DNA of 63,614 bases, counting the filler, from Conidiobolus incongruus B7586 (taxonomy: Eukaryota), in NCBI GenBank assembly GCA_000697335.1. It is 21 parts of 21 records of this genome, joined end to end, with 100 filler letters (N's around TTAATTAATTAA, not from the genome) between each part and the next. Parts side by side here need not be neighbours in the genome. Positions count along the whole stretch, not along the records: positions 51,125 to 56,615 come from JNEM01004206.1; positions 56,716 to 63,614 come from JNEM01004208.1; 19 more parts are not named here. One strand, written 5' to 3'. The notes beneath the pieces are model-generated. The model was not told where the DNA came from, searched no databases, and saw only the letters and a program-made list of their open reading frames with translations. Made by a program: the position numbers and the translations under genes. This document shows positions 54,351 to 63,614 of the stretch, piece by piece (the stretch's first letter is position 1; each line of letters starts with the position of its first letter).

Positions 54351-57024
54351 TTTTTCAACTAATTTGTATTTATTAATTTATTCTTCAAGAATAATCAATT
54401 TTTAATGACAATGACTTTCTTTTTATATTGAATTTAATTATAATGGGAACCACATTTGTGATCAAGTTTTTTAACTATTTTAATCCACTTAATTGGGAAT
54501 TTACTAGTTTTTCTAAAAAAAAATTTTAGCGAATTGATTAATATTGATGAAAAGTTTAAAGTTTAAATTGTTATATACATCATTTTACAACTCAGCGAAT
54601 GTAAGCCAAATAAGTATATTGCTTCTCTTGCACTTTTTCTGATATTAGTGAGGTTCTTAGGGGGTATAGTGGTTTACACTATGTTGTAAATATCCGACAT
54701 TTACAGTTCCATAGGTTTCGGAATGGCTAAGATTCATATTGGAGTTTATATCGTTGGAAGTCATCCTTAAACGGAATAAAAATAAAGATTAAATGCATGT
54801 CGATTAAAGTAATATGTATAACCAAAGAAAGATGTCTTTATTTTAGCAATTTTGTTCCTATTTATATAATGAGGATTTCCTGTGAATAAAATCACTTATT
54901 ATCATTATTATATGCTATCTTTTAATTGGAACACTCACAATCTTGATATTCACCTACTCAACACACTATATTTTATTAGTTTTCATTAGTAGTAACGTTT
55001 GTGACCGGGGACTATAATCACGCATTGAAAGGAATCCCCAAAAGGGTACAGAATATTAGGCAAACAGCCAAAAAGGCTAGTAAAAATATAAGAAAGAGTA
55101 AAGTTAGATGATTTAAATATTTTAAACTTATTAAAATCAGGCTTATAAATTTGAATTTCTAGAATATAATAAGTTCTTGGGGCTAGGAGTTAAAATATCC
55201 CCATTATTTGGAAAAAATATTTGTTTCTCTAATTGGTTTTTTCCAATTTTCACGTTTATTAGCTAAATAATTAGTCACTGAAAAAACTATGAATAAAATT
55301 TGTATTTTGATTGTATAGTATACAATAAACTTCCGCACTAATATTTTATAATATATAATACTGAACTCAACCAAATACTGTTTTTATAATGAATTGTACA
55401 ATGTATATTACTAAAATCATCTTTTTGTATATTTACATTGTTTGGCATAATATCATAATATAAATTTAGCAAAGTATATTGGTAGAGAATGGTAAAAGTA
55501 AATCAGTTTATATAATTTTATTACCCATAGTGAGAGAACCTATTTCATATAGTATGCATTCTTTATTGTGAGTTTAGAGATTATTTTCTAAAATATTTAA
55601 TTTTTAAAATTATTAATAACATAAATATAATAATTTCTATTGTTTAAATAAGCTAAATTATTGTTCATTTTTGTAAATTGATTGTATTATTTGGGTATTA
55701 GTAAATTGACCTAAAAAAATAATTTTTGAAATTATCATAATATTATTATTTATTAATTTAAGTATATCAAAGAAGTACTCAAATCAAATACTAAAGATTA
55801 TATATTCTATTTGAAATATTATTAAAATAATTTTCATAATTTAATATCTGTTTATTGATTCTTATCATAAAAAAGGATGAATTCAATATCTATATATTCA
55901 ATATATAATTAGAGATATAAAATCATGTAATATAATGTATATTTTAAATAAAAAGTATGATGAATAATTTAGATTTGATATTATCAATAACATTATAGAA
56001 AAATTTCCAATATATTTATACCATAAATACAGATTTATTTGGTAATTGGTTATTGACCATTTAAACTTGATAATTTAATATAATTTATTATCAAATTAAT
56101 TTTCCGAAATAGTTTTCTTATTTGTCTATAAAGCTATAAATAGATTATTATATTTTAATTCAAACATTTATCAGTTATGGTAAATTACAAAATAATGAAA
56201 AATTAATATTTTTCAAAAAATATTATTATGTAAATAAAATTATATTTTATATATAATTTATATTATATTAAAAGTAAAAATATATTATCATAATTACTAA
56301 ACTAGTTAATATACAATTTAATACTAACTTAAATAATATATATCAAGTTTGATTATTTTGACTTAAGTTGATTATTAAATAGTTCATAAATCAAATCATA
56401 CTCAACTCAATATAAAATCAATAACTTATAAGCAAAATTTCTTATATTTTCTAAAGATATATTAATTAAGTAATATTTTTGATTAAATATTCCTTTTTAA
56501 AAACTAAAATAATTATTAAAATTATATGTTATAAATAAATATATAGAATATATATATATAAAATTAATGCCATTTTTCAATATATATTAATCTATTATAA
56601 TATATTATATAATAANNNNNNNNNNNNNNNNNNNNNNNNNNNNNNNNNNNNNNNNNNNNTTAATTAATTAANNNNNNNNNNNNNNNNNNNNNNNNNNNNN
56701 NNNNNNNNNNNNNNNTTAAAATTTTAATTTATATTTTAGTAAAAAATTAAACAAAAAGACTCAAAATTTATTAATTATAATAATTTTTGATAAAACCCAA
56801 ATTTTTAATTATACTATAATAAGTTTAATTTAATAATAATTATTTTAATATTTCCAAGCTTTAATTTTATTATAGGATATATATTTTATGTTTTTATTAT
56901 TTAATATTAATTTAAATTTTAATAAATAAAAAACATTTATATAACTAATATTAAAGTAATTTGGAAATATATTAATTAAAATAAAAAGATGTCTCTTAAT
57001 ATATTTTATAACTTTATTAATATT

Positions 57025-57382
57025 TGTTAGGTTATTGGCTAAAAATAGAGTTAATCAGTTATTTTACTATTTTACTATTTTATCATTTTACTATTTAAGA
57101 TTTATTTATTTTAATCTTATCTGAAGAATCATAGGAATTTAACATTTGTATAAAAAGATAATTTTTATTACTTTAGAAAATAGATTGATTTTTAATTCTT
57201 CTTAGAAATAAAAACTAAAAAGGTATATTTTGTTACTAATTTATATAAGTATTTTGTCTAGTTAATTTATTCTAAAACTAATACAATCTAACTTTATTAT
57301 AAATTATAAAAAAATAGGGTAACTCAGAGATTAAAAATAAATATAATCCCCTCTAATTAAAAATTGATTTAAAAAGTTAATA
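57025..57382 (+). repeat. 5' LTR (358 bp)
   Basis: Direct repeat of 62144-62506; terminal CA reads TA. Confidence 0.95.
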
Positions 57383-57400
57383 TGGTGAATAAAGAGAGGT
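57383..57400 (+). other. Primer-binding site
   Basis: TGGTGAATAAAGAGAGGT directly after the 5' LTR; TGG complements tRNA CCA. Confidence 0.7.
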
Positions 57401-60400
57401 TAAATTTAAGAAGTTATTAGATTTTAGTTTATTACTTAAAATGTTAAAATTTACAAGAGCAAAGAAAAAAGTTAAAGGTTTTATTTATGATTTTAGAAAT
57501 AAAGTGAAACTACTAGGATTAGATAAAGAACAAAAGATGATGTTTTTTTTAATATATCTAGGAGACAAACTTAGAAGGTAGTTTAACAAGCAAAACTTTA
57601 ATTTATAAGTTGAATTAAAGTATTCTTTTATGAAGAAATTTCATCTAGCTATATTACCATATATAGTTTAGATAAAACTCACCCAAATAAGACAAGAGTT
57701 TAAAGAAACCCTAAACCACTATATTAATAGATTTATAAAATAGGTTGAAAAATGTAGCTATAGTATATTTTAAGAAATTGGAATCCTGATCTTTTTATAT
57801 TCCTTGAAAAATAGTCTTAGAGAAGTAGCATGCTTATAATTTTATAAAAAACAAGACTAAGATAAATTAAAGGGAAAATTAAAAAATCTTAATGGTTTCA
57901 ATAGGTTTAATAATATTAGTTATAAAAGTAAATAATCTACTAGTGTTGTTATAATAAAGCAAACTATAAAGAAAAAGTTTAATTTAAAATTAGATATTAT
58001 AAAAAACATCTGTATAAACTTAAACAATAACAAAAAAAAACACTTGGTAAAAATACTAAAGGTGTACTATAATTGTTTAAGTTCTAAATATCCTTTATTA
58101 TATTATTTTGATGAAGGAAGAGCTTAAGATCAATAGAAATAGAGAGTCTTATTAATTTATCTAATGAGTCCCTAATATTTTCTTCTTATATTATTATAAG
58201 AACAAAGTTAAAAAAAACCTAGGATAAAAAAAAACATTTTTGTAATAGATTTGTGGTAACTACAAAAAACAACCTACCTATTAAACTTAAAGATTAATGG
58301 AAACAACACTAAAGTTTAAAATAGCTAAGTATATTAAAAAAAACTTAAAGATTAAAAAAAAAGTAATACCTGATAACTAAAATAATTATGATAAAGAAAA
58401 TAGATCAACATAAATAGATGTTGATAAACTAGTTAGTTATAATAATACATTAGGATAATAAAGTTACTAATCTCTAAAAGAGTTGAAATAAAGTAACACT
58501 CTAAGATAAAGTTTGTTGGTATTATTACCTATAAGTGATAAAAAATAAAAAACAGTTATAGAAAAAGCAAAACCATTATAATTAATAATACCTATAGATA
58601 AAGCTATAAATATAAAAAAAATCACTCAAAAGTTAAAAGAATTCTATAGAAAACAAATACCAGAAGTGTATCTCACTAATAACTAAAAATAAACTATACA
58701 AGAAGTAATGTTATTTTTAGCTAAAATAAAAAAGAAACTAGTTAAAACTATATTAGATACTAATTGTATTAGAGTAGCAATCTTTTAAGATTTTTTTAAA
58801 AGATTAAGTTTAAAAGAAGATTTTAAAGTTAATATAAATATAGATTCTACTAAAAAAATAATATAAAGAAATAAAAAACATTTGAAGTGTTAGAAGTTAA
58901 AATAGTAGGTAAAACAATAAATATATCTGTAATTGTGTTAACTAGAAATAGATATAATATACTAGTTAGTATATTATAGTTAACTATAACAAGTGCTATT
59001 TTAAATTTAAATGATAAATTTGTAGAAGTGAATAATTATAGATTTTATCAAGAAAAAGTAAACAATATTAATTATACAATAATATTAGTAAAAGAAAACA
59101 AAGATAATAAATTGTTAGTTTCTATATTTTTAAAGTTTAATGTAAAAATAAGTGATAATAGAGGTATTTAATTTATTTATTAAAAATCTTTTGTAATTCA
59201 ACCTTATGTTATTTACAAATTAATTATTAATCTAGAAAAGGATAATAGTTACTTTAAAATTTATCAATTACAATTCAACTTTAAAATACTAATCAAACTA
59301 ATTAATTATAGTTTTATTATAGAACCAGTAAATAAAATTGTGACAATGTAATTCAAATCTAAAATTAAATTTAACTTGAATTAAAGAGAAACAAACATCT
59401 AATTTATATAAATGAATAGAATTTAAAAAAGTAGAAATCTATTAATTTAAGTATATTTAATTTTATTAACAAAGTGTATATGTTATCTTCTAAAGAAAAA
59501 GAAGATTGTTGTAATTTGGTAAATAATAAATTATTAGAATTAAGTCACCTTAGTAATTAATAATAATATTAATTATACTTAATCTTATAAAAATAGTGTG
59601 GTATATTTTCTACTAATAAGTATAATATAAGTAAAGCAAACATTAAATATAAAATATACTTTAACAAATTAATACTACCTAAAAATTATTTACCATAGAA
59701 GTCACTTAAAGAAAAACAAATTGAAATTTACAAAGTAAAAGAACTATTAAAAGCTAATCTAATAGACTGTCAACATTATTGTTTAAAGTGCTAATGATAT
59801 TAATTCAAAAGCTTGATGGTTCTTTATAAGTTTGTATTGATTATCATCTCACCAACAAAACAATATAATTAGATAGTTACTTATTACATAAAATTAACTA
59901 TTACTTAAAAGAACTCATTAAAGCAAAATAGTTTACTACCATTAATTTTATAAAAGGTTATTATTAAATGCCTCTCTCTTTAGATTCAAGAAAAATTATT
60001 GCTTTTGTTACTTTTAATGGTGTATACTAATGGAAAGTGGTTCTAATAAGCATGAGTATATTAAGAGCAGCATTCTAATATTTGCTAGATTATACTTTAA
60101 CTAGTCTATAACTAAAATGTTGTTTGGTTTATATAAATAATATTATTATCTTCTCACCAAGTTTTAAACAATATTTAACTAATTTAAATATAGTTTTCAA
60201 TTAATTATCTAAAACAAGATTAAAAATAAATTATAAAAAATACTAGTTTGCAATAGAAAAAGTTATGGTGTTAAGATATATTATATTTAAAGCTAAGATA
60301 AAGATAAATCTAAAGAAGTTAAAAGCTATTGTTAATTTACCTTTACCTATAGATATAAAATAATTAAAAAATTTTCTTAGGTTAATTAATTTTATAAGGA

Positions 60401-62143
60401 GATTCATTCTAAATTACTTAACTATTTGTGAACCCTTGAACAAATTAACTAAAAGAGGTACTACCTTTACATACAAAGTAAAACAAAAAGAATTATTTAA
60501 CACCTTAAAATAAAAGTTGATTGAAAATCTAATTTTGAAATTTCTAAATTTTAAAAAACAATTTTATATTGAGATTAATGCCTCTAATGTTAGATTAGGT
60601 GTTATATTAAGTCAAAAAAAAATAAAGAAGATAGTTTTCAATATCTTATTGCTTATGCTTTTAAGATTTTAATTGATAGTGAAAAAAATTACAGTACTAC
60701 AAATAAAGAAGGATTAGCTATTGTATAGATGATAAAACTATTTCACCTTTATATGTATAGGTTTAAATTCATTATAATTACTAATTACTTAACTCTTATT
60801 TACTTACAAACTAAATAAAATTTAAAAGGAAAGAGAATGAGATAGATAGAAAAGTTGATGAATTATAATTTTAAAATTGTATACAAGAAAGATATTGATA
60901 ATCATTTATTAGATATATTATCAAAGTTGGTTCTAATTACTTAAGATAATAAGTGTTTACTTTTAAATATTACAATTAATAACTCTAAAAAGAAAAAAGC
61001 TTTTAAAATAGATAAGTTGTGGGTATTACTAAATCAATAGAAAAAATTGTTAGAAAGATATTATCAATTCTATATTAAATATTTAGGTATATTAAAACTA
61101 TTTAATTTAATAAAATCAAAGTATTATTAGAATAATATATTAAACAATTATAAATTTATAGTCTCTAGCTGTATTTGGTGTTAAAAGTATATTCTACACT
61201 ATTAACCTAAGTTAATAATACTAATTCTTACTTATAAACCTTTTTATAAGGTTAGAATAAATTTTGTTGAAATAGATTTTAAAAGTATTAGTGGGAAAAG
61301 ATATATTATAATGTGTATTAACTATTTTACTAAATAGGTTAAAATTAAAGTTATAGCTTCAATAAGTAAATCTATCATTAAAAAATTTATCTGGGATATT
61401 GTAACTAGGTATAGTTATCTAGAAAAGATTATCAATAACAACAGTTGATTATTTATTATTAAATGTATAAAGAAATTTTATATTAAATTGGGTATAAAAA
61501 ATAAAGCTACAAACCTATATTATTTTAAGTTTATTAGTAAAGTTGAAAGAATAATCAGTATATTAAAAAGGATTTTGTAGTAATAAAATTTAAATCATAA
61601 TAAAAGATGAGACTAGTGGTTAAATGTTACTTTTATAATAATGAAGATTACTCAATATACATAAACTAGATATTTACCTTTTATGTTACTTTATGGTAGA
61701 AATTTTACTCTACTAGGGATATTAGTTTAAAAGAACTATAAAAGTTATATAGGTTAAAATTACTATAAAAATTATATAGAAGATATAAGTTAGGAATTGG
61801 TTAAAATTTATAATTTAACTTATTAGAATAATTTAAATAGTAAAATAAAAATGATAACTAGATAGAATAAGACACAAAGTATTAAAAATAAACACTTTGA
61901 ACTTAGTAATATAGTCTTATATAATTAAAAAAGATATATTAAATCAAGAGATGAAAAAGATAGACCTTAGATTAAACCTTTAAAAATTATTAAGGTATTC
62001 CCAAGACTATGTTATAAACTGAGACATCTCACTTCCCTTACTATTCTCAACCAAGTATACCTTAGTTTTATTAAATATTTCATTAGCTAACTTGATTTGT
62101 AAAATCATTAGACTTAAAAATAAACATAATAATTAAAAAGTTA

Positions 62144-62506
62144 TGTTAAGTTATTGGTTAAAAAAAAGTTAATCAGCTACTTTACTATTTTACTTTTTTA
62201 TTATTTTACTATTTAAGATTAACATATTTTAATCTTATTTAAAGAATCATAGGAATTTAAGATTTGTATAAAAAGATAATTCTTATTATTTTAGAAAATA
62301 GATTGTTTTTTAATTTTTCTTAAAAATTAAAAGTAAAAAGGTATACTTTGTTACTAATCCATAAAAGTATTTTGTCTAGTTAATCTATTCTGAAACTAAT
62401 AAAATCTAACTTTATTATAACTGTAAATTATAAAAAAGCAAGGTAACTTAGAGATTGAGAATAAGCATAATCTTCTCTAACCTAGACTCAACTTAAAAAG
62501 TCAACA
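62144..62506 (+). repeat. 3' LTR (363 bp)
   Basis: TGTTAAGTTATTGG...AAAAAGTCAACA; direct repeat of the 5' LTR. Confidence 0.95.
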
Positions 62507-62787
62507 ATATTTAAAAAAAATAATAATTGAAATTAGTCTTTTAAATTTTATTAGGTTTTAGATATTTTTTTTAACTTTAAATTAATTGATTTATTGATAA
62601 ATGATTAATTTAAATATATACTTGATTATTAAAAGCTATTTGTTAATTTTAAATAAATTTAGAGGGTCTATAATTAAATTTTATAATTATTAAAATAAAA
62701 GACTTTAGATGATTATTATTTGGTTTAAGAATAATTAAATAAAATAATTAATTTTAAAAAATTAATTTTTTGATCAAAAAAACAATT

Positions 62788-62811
62788 ATATATATATATA
62801 TATATATATAA
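62788..62811. repeat. (TA)n microsatellite within the mariner 5' UTR
   Basis: About 12 TA units; shorter runs in the same region of other copies. Confidence 0.85.
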
Positions 62812-63614
62812 TACAAAACTCTTTATTTTTTTATTTGTTTTGTATATATTATTCTATTTAATACTAATAATAAAAAATAATCAAAAATTAAAAAGTTTCT
62901 AATTTCTTTGATTTTAATATAATAATATAATTTGAAATTTAATTAATTTATTTTTTAATATTGCAATTTAAAATTAATTATAATTATTTAATTTATTTAA
63001 CTAAGTTTTTATAATTTTTTTTAAAATTATATCTTTAATTATAAGATATAAAATTAAAATCTAATTATATCTTTTTTATGAATTAAAGTCTTTTATTTAT
63101 CAAAACTATTATGATTAAAAAAATTCATATTTAGTGAATATGATAGATATGGTAATAAAGGCTAGTCTTTTCCACTAATCAAATTTTTGATATTATTTCC
63201 TTTATATATAGTTATTATTAGATAAAATAAATGCTTTTTTAATCAAAATCTTTTGATATTAATTTATTAAATATAATTTAATTCCCAAAATATATTGAAT
63301 TATTATAGTTAATATTTGTTCTTAAAAATTCTATAAATTCTATATTATTATTACCTATATCTAATAATAATATTTGCTTTTTTTAAATATTTTTATTTTG
63401 GAATTTATGATGATAATTTTGACTTTTTAATTTTAAAACCCAATTTAATATTTTTTTACTAATAATTTACTACAATCCAAGATATATCTAAAAATAATAT
63501 TATATAAATATTTTATATTAACTTTATTTATTTTATCACCTATCTAGACTATAATTAAAATATAAAATACTTGTATTTTAAATTATCTTTTAATAAATTA
63601 AAAATTAAAATAAA

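Larger units (their letters stand above)
57025..62506 (+). mobile_element. Complete but inactivated Ty3/Gypsy LTR retrotransposon (5482 bp)
   Basis: TG...CA termini; TSD ATATT (57020-57024, 62507-62511). Relics in PR-RT-RH-IN order: ILDTNC (~58751), VCIDYHLTNKT, CLVYINNIIIFS (YIDD), IEINASNVRLGVILSQ, EKNYSTTNKEGLAIV, PFYKVRINF, CINYFTK*V, KVER. Confidence 0.96.
56716..62922 (-). mobile_element. Mariner A copy (56716-57024 plus 62507-~62922) split by the Gypsy insertion
   Basis: Flanks rejoin into sequence colinear with 9780-10480. Confidence 0.85.

Noticed and set aside
57400..62100. Alternative genetic code (TAA/TAG = Gln) explaining stops in TE ORFs
   Set aside because: Stops also replace Trp codons, catalytic Asp are lost, and host genes end in TAA with no in-frame TAA/TAG.
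57025..62506. APOBEC-like editing of reverse-transcription intermediates
   Set aside because: That gives one-strand G->A only; here both C->T and G->A occur, DNA transposons are also hit, and the LTRs diverged after insertion.

Overview
Very AT-rich eukaryotic scaffold, most likely fungal. Short (mostly ~50-60 nt) GT-AG introns and an intronless class-A-like GPCR suggest an early-diverging fungus, possibly Zoopagomycota/Entomophthorales; the taxon is an inference. Twenty identical 100-bp artificial gap spacers (N44-TTAATTAATTAA-N44) interrupt it. Three zones: (1) ~2.2-29.6 kb, no recognisable host gene, a graveyard of two Tc1/mariner families: a ~1.3-kb mariner (DD34D-type) and a ~1.57-kb Tc1-like (DD34E-type) element with ~200-bp terminal repeats, often nested. 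(2) ~29.7-56.6 kb, host genes: RER1, a 59-aa hydrophilin-like ORF missed by the ORF track, a GMC oxidoreductase pseudogene, a 7TM GPCR, eIF4E, a 385-aa unknown protein and an EHT1/ABHD-type hydrolase, plus degenerate relics. (3) 57.0-62.5 kb, a complete but dead Ty3/Gypsy element with a 5-bp TSD, inserted into a mariner copy. The most notable signal is that all repeated elements are saturated with C->T and G->A transitions on both strands (CpA->TpA prominent, CpG almost gone) while the intact genes are spared. This looks like RIP-type, repeat-directed hypermutation in an organism that does not look like a Dikaryon. All alignments and translations were done by eye; boundaries of degenerate elements are approximate.
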